From assembly GCA_021323595.1 (NCBI GenBank), contig JAJPKR010000061.1, positions 83,364-147,363 of the forward strand: DNA of 64,000 nt, given 5' to 3'. The position numbers were made by a program, and so were the translations under genes. Shown piece after piece: positions 1-10,195 of the stretch. The notes under the pieces are model-generated. The model searched no databases and was not told the origin of the DNA. It saw only the letters and a program-made list of their open reading frames with translations. Each line of letters opens with the position of its first letter. The stretch's first letter is position 1. Source of the stretch: Terriglobia bacterium. Lineage in GTDB: Bacteria > Acidobacteriota > Terriglobia > Terriglobales > SCQP01.

Positions 1-705
1 GTAGAAGTCGGTGAAGGCCACCCAAAATAGGCTCATCCACGCCCATTGCATGTGCTTGCGGTTGAGGCAGCTCACGCAGTTGTAGGCCTGGGCGCGCTTG
101 GGAATCGCCGACAGCAAATCGCGCCCGCCGCCGATCAGATGGCGAATCGAGTGGCAGCCGAGCGTATAGCCGCTCAGCAGAAACCAGTTGACGAAGAGCA
201 CAATCGAGCCGACCCCCAGCCCCCACACCACCCGCCCCGGATGGGCGGCATCGGCCCAGCGCAGCGACCGCACGAAATCCACGAACAGATCCACCAGAAA
301 CAGCAGCGCCAGGTACATGAAGTAGCGATGGATGTTTTGCCAGATCAGCGGGAAGCGGCGCTCGCCCCAATACGTCTTGCGCGGCTCGCGCACCGTGCAG
401 TTGGGCGGATCGGCCCAAAACCCTTTGTAATAGGCGCCGCGATAGTAATAGCAGGTGACGCGGAAGCCACCCGGCGCCCAGAGAATCAGCAGCGCCGGCG
501 AAAAGACCAGCCAGCGCGGCCACCACCCCGGCTCCGGCCCGAACCAGCTATGCGGTCCGAACAGCAGCGGCGAGTAGAGCGGCGACAGATAGGGCCCCCA
601 AGCGTAGTTGACGCCTTGAAAGGCCGCCCAGGTGGCGTACACGATGAAAGCCCCGAGGCCCAGGAAAACCAGCGTTGGTTGCAGCCACCATGCGTCCCGG
701 CGCAT
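1..705 (-). CDS. Conserved polytopic integral membrane protein (N-terminal 235 aa; 3' end runs off the left window edge)
   Basis: Absent from the ORF track because no stop lies in the window. Manual minus-strand translation from ATG 705..703 gives MRRDAWWLQPTLVFLGLGAFIVYATWAAFQGVNYAWGPYLSPLYSPLLFGPHSWFGPEPGWWPRWLVFSPALLILWAPGGFRVTCYYYRG...GCHSIRHLIGG... and stays open to position 1. Several hydrophobic spans, W/Y/H-rich, high GC3. GGGAGG (718..713) lies 7 nt upstream of the ATG. Family not recognised with certainty. Confidence 0.7.
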   Translation of the reverse strand, partial: MRRDAWWLQPTLVFLGLGAFIVYATWAAFQGVNYAWGPYLSPLYSPLLFGPHSWFGPEPGWWPRWLVFSPALLILWAPGGFRVTCYYYRGAYYKGFWADPPNCTVREPRKTYWGERRFPLIWQNIHRYFMYLALLFLVDLFVDFVRSLRWADAAHPGRVVWGLGVGSIVLFVNWFLLSGYTLGCHSIRHLIGGGRDLLSAIPKRAQAYNCVSCLNRKHMQWAWMSLFWVAFTDFY

Positions 706-1039
706 GGTGGCGCCTCCCGGCCTCGGGTTCAGAATGGGCAGTTCGGCCTGTGCCATGGAAACCGTCGCCGGCCGGCAGGGCGCCATTCCGGCGAACCACG
801 CGAACCCTGATAGCGGCGCGACTCTTCACGATACTGAACCGCGCTCCGGCTGGCAAGCTGCCGGGCGGCGGCGAGGAATGGTGGGCAGGGCGATAAGCTT
901 CGCAGGGCTTCGTTCTCCCAGCCCAGCGCGCCAGCGTCGCGCGCCGGGTCTCCGATCCGGCTGCTCGGGGCGGATCGGATACGTGGGTGTATTCCTCCCG
1001 CCCCTCGCAGCCCGCGGTCATGGCCTGCCGGCTCCTCCC

Positions 1040-1069
1040 ACCCCAAGGCGCGCCGCTGCGCCTTGGGGT
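1040..1069. repeat. Perfect 12-bp inverted repeat (ACCCCAAGGCGC / GCGCCTTGGGGT, 6-nt loop) in the rrf2-to-membrane-gene spacer
   Basis: Read directly: arms 1040..1051 and 1058..1069 are exact reverse complements. No flanking T-run, so it is not a canonical intrinsic terminator. Confidence 0.6.
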
Positions 1070-1137
1070 CCCCGGCCCGGCCCGCTCCGGCGTGGTTGGC
1101 TGGCATGGAGCCGTCCTTGGGAAATTCGCGGGGTCTT

Positions 1138-1190
1138 CTCTTGGCGCTCCGCTGCGCTGCGCATGCTCTTGGCGCTTCGCTGCGCTGCGC
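1138..1190. repeat. Tandem direct repeat, 2 x 25 nt (CTCTTGGCGCT[C/T]CGCTGCGCTGCGC), period 28 nt
   Basis: Copies at 1138..1162 and 1166..1190 differ at one position. Non-coding spacer. Confidence 0.7.
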
Positions 1191-1294
1191 GTTTTCCCTC
1201 GAGCTCGGCTGGCTGGATTTCTGGCGGTGGACTCGGGGGCTGCCGCCCGAGGCAAAGATCGCCCTTACCCGACCTGCGCCCGCGATGCCGCAGG

Positions 1295-1792
1295 TTAACG
1301 GGTGTTGCCGCCGCGAGGCGCGGGCGCGGCGCTCACCGGCACTTGCACCAGGCGCGTGGCCAGGGCGCCGACTTCTTGCTCGTGGCCGAGCAAGTCGTGG
1401 AGGGTCATGCGCGTCAACACGCGGTCCACCGCGTACTGCACGGTGCGCCAGAGCGAGCGCAGCGAGCACTCCACCGAATGCGTGCACACGAGTTCGTCGC
1501 CGGCGTGGCGTCCGCAAAACTCGGGATCGAACAGGCGGCCGCCCAGCACCGCCAGCGCCTCGCCCACCACGATTTGATCGGCGGGCCGCGCCAGCACGTA
1601 GCCGCCAGCCTGGCCGCGCGCGCTGCGCACCAACTGGCCGCGGCGCAAGACGCGCATGAGCTTGGCGACGTAATGGGGGGAGATGCCCTCCCAGCGGCTA
1701 ATTTCCGGAATCGTCAAGCTGGCGCCCGGCGCTTGCATGCCGAGCCGCAGCAGGCAGCGCAGTCCGTATTCCTCTTGCGAGCTGAATTTCAT
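1295..1792 (-). CDS. Rrf2 family transcriptional regulator (IscR/SufR-like), last gene of the suf cluster
   Basis: 165-aa ORF. N-terminal winged helix (MKFSSQEEYGLRCLLRLG...IPEISRWEGISPHYVAKLMRVLRRGQLV) is typical of Rrf2. A three-Cys stretch (FCGRHAGDELVCTHSVEC) resembles cluster ligands. Confidence 0.9.
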   Translation of the reverse strand: MKFSSQEEYGLRCLLRLGMQAPGASLTIPEISRWEGISPHYVAKLMRVLRRGQLVRSARGQAGGYVLARPADQIVVGEALAVLGGRLFDPEFCGRHAGDELVCTHSVECSLRSLWRTVQYAVDRVLTRMTLHDLLGHEQEVGALATRLVQVPVSAAPAPRGGNTR

Positions 1793-1867
1793 GACGCCGC
1801 GCCCGGCGGCCGGCGCCGCGCCCCCGCTTCCCGCCGGTCCCCTCGCTTCTTCGCCATCGGCCGCACC

Positions 1868-2326
1868 TCAGATCATGCCCAATTGCAGCTTCGCCTCTTC
1901 CGACATCATGCTCGTGTTCCAAGGCGGATCCCAAACCAATTCGAAGTTGACGTCGCTGACCCCGGGGATGCCGCGCACCTTGCCCTCGACCTCGCCCGGC
2001 AAGGAGCCGGCCACCGGGCAGTTGGGCGAGGTCAGCGTCATGCGCAGGTCCACCACCCCCGCCGGATTGATCTTGACCTCGTACACCAACCCGAGATCGT
2101 AGATGTTCACCGGAATCTCCGGGTCATAGCAGGTGCGCAAGGTCTCGATGACCAGCTCTTCCAAGCCCTCGATTTCAGGCTGGCGGGCGCGCCATTCGGC
2201 CTTCAAACGGCGGGCGTCATCGCGCAGCCGGGCGGCTTCCGCGCGCCGCTCCGGTCCGCCCAGATCCTCGAGGGCGGCGGCGCGGGCTTCATTCTCGTTG
2301 GCTTGGGCGAGCAACTCGTCGTCCAT
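1868..2326 (-). CDS. sufT: SufT-like Fe-S assembly protein (DUF59/MIP18 family) with ~55-aa charged N-terminal extension
   Basis: 152-aa ORF. DUF59 core is CYDPEIPVNIYDLGLVY...MTLTSPNCPVAG...V..ELVWDPPW. The start lies 5 nt after the sufU stop. Confidence 0.85.
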   Translation of the reverse strand: MDDELLAQANENEARAAALEDLGGPERRAEAARLRDDARRLKAEWRARQPEIEGLEELVIETLRTCYDPEIPVNIYDLGLVYEVKINPAGVVDLRMTLTSPNCPVAGSLPGEVEGKVRGIPGVSDVNFELVWDPPWNTSMMSEEAKLQLGMI

Positions 2327-2330
2327 GACG

Positions 2331-2783
2331 CTACTCCGTCGAGACCGGGGCGGCGGCGCCGTGCAGCGCCGCGGCGAAGGTGTGCCACGGCAGGCTGGCG
2401 CATTTCACCCGCACCGGAAATTCCGAAACGCCGCTGAAGGCGGCCAGCTTGCCCAGCTCGTCGGGATCGCCGGCCGCGGCGAAGTCGCCGGTGACCAGGG
2501 CGTGGAAGCGCTGAAACAGCACCTCCGCCTCGGCCGCGGTCTTGCCCTTGAGCGCCTCGGTCAGCAGCGAGGCGGAAGCGGTGGAAATCGCGCAGCCGGC
2601 GCCCTCGAAGCGCACGTCGCCCACCACGTCGCCCTCCATCCGCAGATACAAGATGAGCCGGTCGCCGCAGAGACGGTTGAAGCCTTCGGCGCGGCGGTTG
2701 GCGCCGGGCAGCGGGCCGAAGTTCCGCGGCCGCTTGGCGTGATCCAGGATCAATTCTTGATACAGCCCTTCCAGTTCCGCCAT
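2331..2783 (-). CDS. sufU: SufU/IscU-like sulfur-transfer scaffold
   Basis: 150 aa. Motifs LYQELILDH.KRPRN, LCGD, GAGCAIS and KCASLPW (three conserved Cys). Immediately downstream of sufS. Confidence 0.9.
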   Translation of the reverse strand: MAELEGLYQELILDHAKRPRNFGPLPGANRRAEGFNRLCGDRLILYLRMEGDVVGDVRFEGAGCAISTASASLLTEALKGKTAAEAEVLFQRFHALVTGDFAAAGDPDELGKLAAFSGVSEFPVRVKCASLPWHTFAAALHGAAAPVSTE

Positions 2784-2787
2784 GCGG

Positions 2788-4044
2788 CTAGCTCCGAAAC
2801 ATCGCCTGCACGCGGCCGATGCCCTCGGCCAGCGCGTCCAGGTCCGCGCGCGTGTTGTACAGCGCCAGCGAGGCGCGCGTGGTCGCCGGCAGGCCGAAGC
2901 GCTCCATCACCGGCTGCGCGCAATGGTGGCCGGCGCGCACGGCGATGCCGCGGGAATCGAGCACCGTGCCCACGTCGTGGGGATGCACGCCTTCCACCAC
3001 GAAGCTGAAGACGCCGGCGCGCCGCCGCGCGGTGCCGATCAGCCGCACCCCGCGCAGCCCGCCCAGCAGCTCCAGCCCGTAGGCGGTCAGCTCGTGCTCG
3101 TAGGCGGCGATGGCGCGCATGTCCCAAGCGGTCAGCGCCGCCAGTGCGGCGCCCAGGCCGATGGCGCCGGCGATGTGCGGCGTGCCCGCCTCGAATTTGT
3201 AGGGGATGTCGTTGTAGGTGGTCTTCTCGAAGGTGACCGAGCGAATCATGTCGCCGCCGCCTTGATAGGGCGGCAGCGCCTCCAGCAACTCGGCGCGGCC
3301 ATAGAGCACGCCGATGCCGGTCGGGCCGAAGTTCTTGTGGCCGCTGAAGGCGAAGAAATCGCAGCCCAGCGCTTGCACGTCGAGCGGCAGGTGCGGCGCC
3401 GATTGCGCGCCGTCCACCACCAGCACCGCGCCAACCGCGTGCGCGCGCGCGGCGAACTCGGCGATGGGGTTGATGGTGCCGAGCGCGTTGGAGATATGCG
3501 CCGCCGCCACGACCTTCGTGCGCGCGCTCAGCCGGCGCTCGAACTCCTCGAGCGGCACCTCGCCGCGCTCGTCAATCGGCGCCACCACCAGCCGGGCGCC
3601 GCTGCGTTCGCACGCGAGCTGCCAGGGGACGATGTTCGAGTGATGCTCGAGCCCGGTGATCAGCACCTCGTCGCCCGGCTCGAGCCGCGACGCATAACCG
3701 GCGGCGACCAGGTTGAGCGATTCCGTCGTGCCGCGCGTAAAGACGATCTCGCGCTCGCTGGCGGCGCCCAGAAACTGCTGCACTTGCCGACGCGCCGCCT
3801 CGTAGCCGGCGGTGGCGCGCTCGCTGAGCGCATGCGCGCTGCGATGGATGTTGGCGCAATCCTCGCGGTAAAACCCCGCCAGCGCCTCCAGCACCGCGCG
3901 CGGCTTCTGCGCGGTGGCGGCGCTATCCAGATAGACCAGCGGATGGCCGTGCACGCGCTGCGCCAGCGCGGGAAATTCCCGGCGCGCGGCGGCGGCATCA
4001 AAAGCGGCGGCGGGCGGGGCGCTGGCAAGACTCTCGGCCGGCAT
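2788..4044 (-). CDS. sufS: Cysteine desulfurase SufS (class II aminotransferase V)
   Basis: ORF 2788..4125 trimmed to ATG 4044 (MPAESLAS...), which lies 2 nt after the sufD stop. Motifs YLDSAATAQKP, FSGHK (PLP Lys) and RAGHHCAQP (catalytic Cys). Confidence 0.93.
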   Translation of the reverse strand: MPAESLASAPPAAAFDAAAARREFPALAQRVHGHPLVYLDSAATAQKPRAVLEALAGFYREDCANIHRSAHALSERATAGYEAARRQVQQFLGAASEREIVFTRGTTESLNLVAAGYASRLEPGDEVLITGLEHHSNIVPWQLACERSGARLVVAPIDERGEVPLEEFERRLSARTKVVAAAHISNALGTINPIAEFAARAHAVGAVLVVDGAQSAPHLPLDVQALGCDFFAFSGHKNFGPTGIGVLYGRAELLEALPPYQGGGDMIRSVTFEKTTYNDIPYKFEAGTPHIAGAIGLGAALAALTAWDMRAIAAYEHELTAYGLELLGGLRGVRLIGTARRRAGVFSFVVEGVHPHDVGTVLDSRGIAVRAGHHCAQPVMERFGLPATTRASLALYNTRADLDALAEGIGRVQAMFRS

Positions 4045-4046
4045 CC

Positions 4047-5390
4047 TCACGCCTCCCCGTCCCCCTCCAGCCCCGTCCAGCGGTGGAAGAGCTCCCGCTC
4101 CAGGGCGCGGCGCAACGGCGCGCACCGGAGCCGCGCCAGCACGTCGCTGGCGAAGGCGAAGGTCAGCAGGCGCCGCGCCGCTTCCGCGCCGATGCCGCGG
4201 GATTGCAGGTAGAACAACGCCTCCGCGTCGATCTGGCCGAAGGTGGCGCCGTGGGTGCAGCGCACGTCATCGGCGCGAATCTCCAGTTGCGGATCGGAGC
4301 TGGCCACCGCGTCGGCCGAGAGCAGGAGGTTTTTGTCGCTCTGGATGGCGTCGGTGTGCTGCGCGTCGGGACGCACGACGATGCGGCCGCGGAAGGCGGT
4401 GCTGGCTTGGCCATCCAAAATGCCCTTGTAGAACTCGCGGCTGGTGCCGAGCGGCTGGGCGTGATCGAGCACCGTGTGGTTGTCGATGTGCTGGCGCCCG
4501 CCGGCGATGTACAGGCCGTTGAGCAGCACCTCGGCGCCTTCGCCGTCGAGCACCGCCGTGACGTCGTTGCGGGTGAGCGCGCCCCCGAAGGTGAGCGCGT
4601 GCAGCGCCACGCGGGCGGTGCGCCCGGCGCGGGCGAAGGTGGCGGAGACGTGATAGGACGCCAAATTTTCCTGCTGCAAGCGCGCGTGCTCGAGCGCGGC
4701 ATTCTCTTCCGCCACGATCTCGGTCACGGCGTTGGTGAACACGCCCTGCTCGCCCAGGCTGGCGTAAGCCTCGATCACCGACGCCTGGCTGTCGCGCCCC
4801 GCCAGGATCAGCGTGCGCGGCTGCAGATATTGCGCCGCCGCGGCGGTGGCGAGATAGAGCACGTGCACCGGCTCGGGCAGCACTTGCCCGCGCCCGATCT
4901 CGATCACCGCGCCGTCGTCGAAGAGCGCGGTGTTCAGCGCGACGAACGCCAGCTCGCTCCACGGCGCCTCGCGCGTCAGGGCTTCGCCGATCGCGTCGCC
5001 GGCGGCCAGGGCGGCGCCCAGGCTGCCGGCGCGCACGCCCGCGCCCAGCGCGCCCGGCGTCGAAAAGCGGGCGGCGTAGCGGCCGTCGAGGAACACCAGC
5101 CGCGCGCCGCCGAGCGCGGCGAACGGCGAACCGGCCAAGAATTTCTCCGCGGCGGCTTCGGCCGCGGCATCGGGCGGCGGCGCGGGCGTGAACTCGCCGC
5201 GGGCGATCACCGCCACGTTGGTGTGCCGCCACTCCTCGTGCTTGGGGGTGGGGAAGCCCAGTTCCAGAAAGCGCTCGAAGGCGGCGCGCCGCGCCGTCCC
5301 CAGCCAGCCGGGACCGCGCTGCGCCCGCGCCGCCGCCTCGAACGCGGCGCGGTAGGCGCCGCCGGTCGCCGGAATCGCGGTTACGCTCAT
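4047..5390 (-). CDS. sufD: Fe-S cluster assembly protein SufD
   Basis: 447 aa. The C-terminal beta-helix region (...IDNHT..DH....TSRE.YKGIL.G.A..AF.G.I.V..DAQ.TDA.Q....LLLS...) is typical of SufB/D. Positioned between sufC and sufS. Confidence 0.9.
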   Translation of the reverse strand: MSVTAIPATGGAYRAAFEAAARAQRGPGWLGTARRAAFERFLELGFPTPKHEEWRHTNVAVIARGEFTPAPPPDAAAEAAAEKFLAGSPFAALGGARLVFLDGRYAARFSTPGALGAGVRAGSLGAALAAGDAIGEALTREAPWSELAFVALNTALFDDGAVIEIGRGQVLPEPVHVLYLATAAAAQYLQPRTLILAGRDSQASVIEAYASLGEQGVFTNAVTEIVAEENAALEHARLQQENLASYHVSATFARAGRTARVALHALTFGGALTRNDVTAVLDGEGAEVLLNGLYIAGGRQHIDNHTVLDHAQPLGTSREFYKGILDGQASTAFRGRIVVRPDAQHTDAIQSDKNLLLSADAVASSDPQLEIRADDVRCTHGATFGQIDAEALFYLQSRGIGAEAARRLLTFAFASDVLARLRCAPLRRALERELFHRWTGLEGDGEA

Positions 5391-5403
5391 CGCCGCGCTC
5401 TCC

Positions 5404-6195
<792 letters not shown>

Positions 6196-6204
6196 TCGCC
6201 TGGA

Positions 6205-7653
<1,449 letters not shown>

Positions 7654-7841
7654 GGCACTTCCTATCCTGGCAAATCAATACAAAAAAGTCTAGATTCCGC
7701 TTTCGGCGGAGGCGGCTGGGCCGCGGCCTTGGGACGGGCGGCGCGCCACGATCCGGGACCGTCACGCCAGGATGCGATCCAAGCTTCGGCTCACAGCCGC
7801 CGGCCGGCGGTTTCGGGGCCCCAACGGCGCGGCAAAGTGCG

Positions 7842-8666
7842 CTAATTGGCGCCGCGGCGGCGATCAGCCAGGGCGGCGATGGCCCAAAGCGCGGCGAAAG
7901 CGAAGAGCAGGACCAATCCGGCCAGCGGCAGCGTCTCCTTGAGCCCGTAGGTGGTGAACCGGTCGTAGATGAGGATCGAAATCACCCGCGGATTGTAGGC
8001 CAGGATCACCAGCGCCCCGAACTCGCTGATGGCGCGCGCCAGCATGAGGATCGCGCCGCTGACGATCGAGCCGCGCGCCAGTGGCAAACTGACCCGCCAA
8101 AACGCGCTCCAGGGCCCGTGGCCGAGGCTGCGCGCCAGCGCCTCCAGCCGCGGATCGAGTGCGCGGAAGCCGTCGCGGCAGGCATGCACGAGATACGGGC
8201 AGGCGACGAAGAGCATCGCGGCGGTGATGCCGAGCGCAGTGCCGACCAAGTGCAGATGAAAGAGCGCCAGCAGGCGTCCGGCGGCGGCATCGCGAGCGAA
8301 CAGCAACAGCAAGGCGATGCCCACCACCGGATGCGGAATCACCAGCGGCAGATCGAGCAGCGCCCGCAACAGGCCCTGGCCGGGAAACCGCCCGCGCGCC
8401 AGCGCATAGCCGAGCGGCACGGCCAGCAGCACGCCCACGGCGGTGGCGGCGGCGGCGGTGGCGAAGGTCAGCGCCAGCGAGGCGCGCACTTCGGCATCGG
8501 CCAGCGCCGCCGGCAGCCCGGAGGCGGACGCCGCGAAGAGCCGCAAGATCGGCGCGGCCAAAAACAGCACCAACAGGCCGGCCGGAAGCACCAGCCACGG
8601 CGCCAGCGCCGCGGCGCGCGGCGCCGCGGTGGGCATGCGGACGGAGGTGAGCGTCGGGACAGCCAT
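7842..8666 (-). CDS. ABC transporter permease, molybdate/tungstate/sulfate (ModB/WtpB-like) type
   Basis: ORF 7842..9632 trimmed to ATG 8666 (MAVPTLTS...), which lies 2 nt after the upstream stop. Six hydrophobic spans and an EAA-like loop (ALARSLGHGPWSAFWRVSLPLARGSIVSGAILMLARAISEFGA). Confidence 0.85.
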   Translation of the reverse strand: MAVPTLTSVRMPTAAPRAAALAPWLVLPAGLLVLFLAAPILRLFAASASGLPAALADAEVRASLALTFATAAAATAVGVLLAVPLGYALARGRFPGQGLLRALLDLPLVIPHPVVGIALLLLFARDAAAGRLLALFHLHLVGTALGITAAMLFVACPYLVHACRDGFRALDPRLEALARSLGHGPWSAFWRVSLPLARGSIVSGAILMLARAISEFGALVILAYNPRVISILIYDRFTTYGLKETLPLAGLVLLFAFAALWAIAALADRRRGAN

Positions 8667-8668
8667 GG

Positions 8669-9673
8669 CTAGAGACCGGCGGCGGGACAGCGCGGCAGCG
8701 TCCCCAGCCATCGCGCCAGCTCCTGCGGCGCGGCCGGCGGGTCGCCGGCCAGGCAGGGCGCTCGCGGCGGCTGCTGCGCCGCGGCCAGCTCGGCCGCGCC
8801 GCGCGGCGAGACCAGCAATTGCAAGAAGGCCAGCGCCCCCGTTACATTGCGCGCCGTCGCCGGAATGGTGATGCCGTAAACGATCGCCTGCGCCATATTC
8901 ACCGGCGGCGGCAGCCGCACATAGCGCAGCCCGTGCTGGCGGGCGACGGAGAGGTATTCCCAGGCATAGTCGAGCTGGCCGGCCTCGAGCAGCGCCAGCA
9001 GCGCCACCGACTGGGGCCGCCGGTTCGCCGCCGGCACCGCCGCTCGCAACCGCGCCGCCAGACCCGGCCGGTGATAGTAGCGCTCCGCCAGCCGCCACGC
9101 CCGCAGCGTGTTGTATCCCTCCGGATCGAGCGCGGGATCGGCGTAGCCGAAGCTGACTTCCGGCCGCAGGAGGATGTCCATCCAATTCGTGGCGTTGATC
9201 TGCGCGGCAAAGCGCGAGCGCGCCGTGTAGGCGATCACCAGTTCGTTGCCAGCGAATTCCACCCACCAGCGCGGCGCCCGCGGCCCGCGCGCGGCGGTGA
9301 AGAGACCGGCGTCGGCCAGCGCCAGCAGATCCATGCGCGCATTGAGATCCAGCAACTTCCGCAGCAGAAAGCGGCTGCCGCCGCTCTCGGCGTCGAAGCG
9401 GAATTGCGGCAATTGTCGCGCCAGCTGATCGAAGGGCACCGCCAGCGTCGCCGCCCGCGCTTCCACCACGCGCTGTCCGTTCGCCGCCAGCGCGCAGGCG
9501 AATAACAGCAGCACCGCGCTCCCGCCGCGCACGTGCCGCCGCCCGGTCCGGCCCCGCTCGCCGCAGCCGGGCACGAACGGGGGCGCGCCGGGCGCCCGCC
9601 GCGTACCCGCACGCCGCAGGGTGGCGGAACACCCCCGGCCGGCGCCGACCGCCTCGCTCGGATTCGTGCTCAT
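8669..9673 (-). CDS. Periplasmic substrate-binding protein, WtpA/ModA-like (tungstate/molybdate family)
   Basis: ORF 8669..9979 trimmed to ATG 9673, which overlaps the regulator stop (ATGA). Signal-like segment AVLLLFACALAANG. Core ...GNELVIAYT..S........NW.DIL.RPEV.FGYADPALDPEGYNTL.AW.LAE.YY... resembles WtpA-type binders. The exact start is uncertain; an internal GTG is possible. Confidence 0.75.
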   Translation of the reverse strand: MSTNPSEAVGAGRGCSATLRRAGTRRAPGAPPFVPGCGERGRTGRRHVRGGSAVLLLFACALAANGQRVVEARAATLAVPFDQLARQLPQFRFDAESGGSRFLLRKLLDLNARMDLLALADAGLFTAARGPRAPRWWVEFAGNELVIAYTARSRFAAQINATNWMDILLRPEVSFGYADPALDPEGYNTLRAWRLAERYYHRPGLAARLRAAVPAANRRPQSVALLALLEAGQLDYAWEYLSVARQHGLRYVRLPPPVNMAQAIVYGITIPATARNVTGALAFLQLLVSPRGAAELAAAQQPPRAPCLAGDPPAAPQELARWLGTLPRCPAAGL

Positions 9674-10044
9674 CGCATGATCATGACTTCGGTGGCCTTG
9701 ATCAGCGCCATCGCCGCCATCCCCGGCTCCAAGCCCAGCTCGCTGGCCGCTTCGGCGGTGATCACCGCCTTGATCTGCTGATCGCCGATCGCCAGGGTCA
9801 CCGCCGCCAGCAAGCCCTCGCGCCGCACCGTCGTCACCGTGCCGCGCAGTTGGTTGCGCCCGCTGATCCGCGCCGGCGCCGCCGCGGGCGCGCCCCGCAA
9901 ACGTTCGATTTCGGCCGCGGCAATGCGATAATGCCCGCCCGGCGTCCGCACCGCCTCCAATTTCCCCTGATATAGCCATTGCTTGAGCGTGGCATAGGAG
10001 ACGCCCAGTTCGCCTGCGGCTTCGCGAGGTTTAAGCCATTTCAT
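9670..10044 (-). CDS. HTH (excisionase/MerR-type) plus TOBE/Mop-domain protein, probable molybdate/tungstate-responsive regulator
   Basis: 124 aa. N-terminus is LKPREAAGELGVSYATLKQWLYQGKL. C-terminus is SGRNQLRGTVTTVRREGLLAAVTLAIGDQQIKAVITAEAASELGLEPGMAAMALIKATEVMI (TOBE fold signature). First gene of the transporter operon. Confidence 0.8.
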   Translation of the reverse strand: MKWLKPREAAGELGVSYATLKQWLYQGKLEAVRTPGGHYRIAAAEIERLRGAPAAAPARISGRNQLRGTVTTVRREGLLAAVTLAIGDQQIKAVITAEAASELGLEPGMAAMALIKATEVMIMR

Positions 10045-10099
10045 GCTGCGATTTTATGCGATTTGTCCGCGATAAGCGACCATTTTTACGGAAATCAGA

Positions 10100-10154
10100 T
10101 TGACAGAGATCCGCTAAAGTAAAACTTGACAATGCCACGCTCATATCGTACGCT
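10100..10154 (+). promoter_or_regulatory. Putative dnaK promoter region with two tandem TTGACA-N7-GCT motifs
   Basis: TTGACA at 10100..10105 and 10126..10131, each followed 7 nt later by GCT. TACGCT lies 17 nt after the second TTGACA. GGAG sits 6 nt before the dnaK ATG. No experimental support. Confidence 0.35.
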
Positions 10155-10195
10155 GTGAATGCGGCAAATCAAACGGCAAACGAACAGGAGCAGTT

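Noticed and set aside
548-1659. ORFs in the rrf2-to-membrane-gene spacer (548..1255 -, 729..1517 -, 987..1298 +, 1063..1659 +).
   Set aside because: They overlap real genes at their ends and are Arg/Pro/Ala-rich, with no motifs and no RBS. I treat the region as non-coding.
7842-9979. N-terminal extensions of track ORFs: 7842..9632, 8669..9979, 24858..28142, 24202..25092, 50337..51005, 49657..50721, 59176..60129, 15903..17606, 42829..44097, 52638..54341.
   Set aside because: The upstream parts overlap the preceding gene in another frame and are Arg/Pro-rich. Internal ATG or GTG starts sit next to the upstream stop, or are preceded by an SD or signal peptide, and give proteins of canonical length. 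The ORF track evidently also counts GTG and TTG as starts.
10100-10154. HAIR (HspR) or CIRCE (HrcA) operator, or a sigma-32 promoter, upstream of dnaK.
   Set aside because: No TTAGCACTC-N9-GAGTGCTAA is present. The best HAIR-like candidate matches only 5/7 and 4/7 positions and is barely palindromic. The CTTGACA...GCTCATAT spacing (7 nt) is far too short for a sigma-32 promoter. I report it only as an unexplained duplicated motif.
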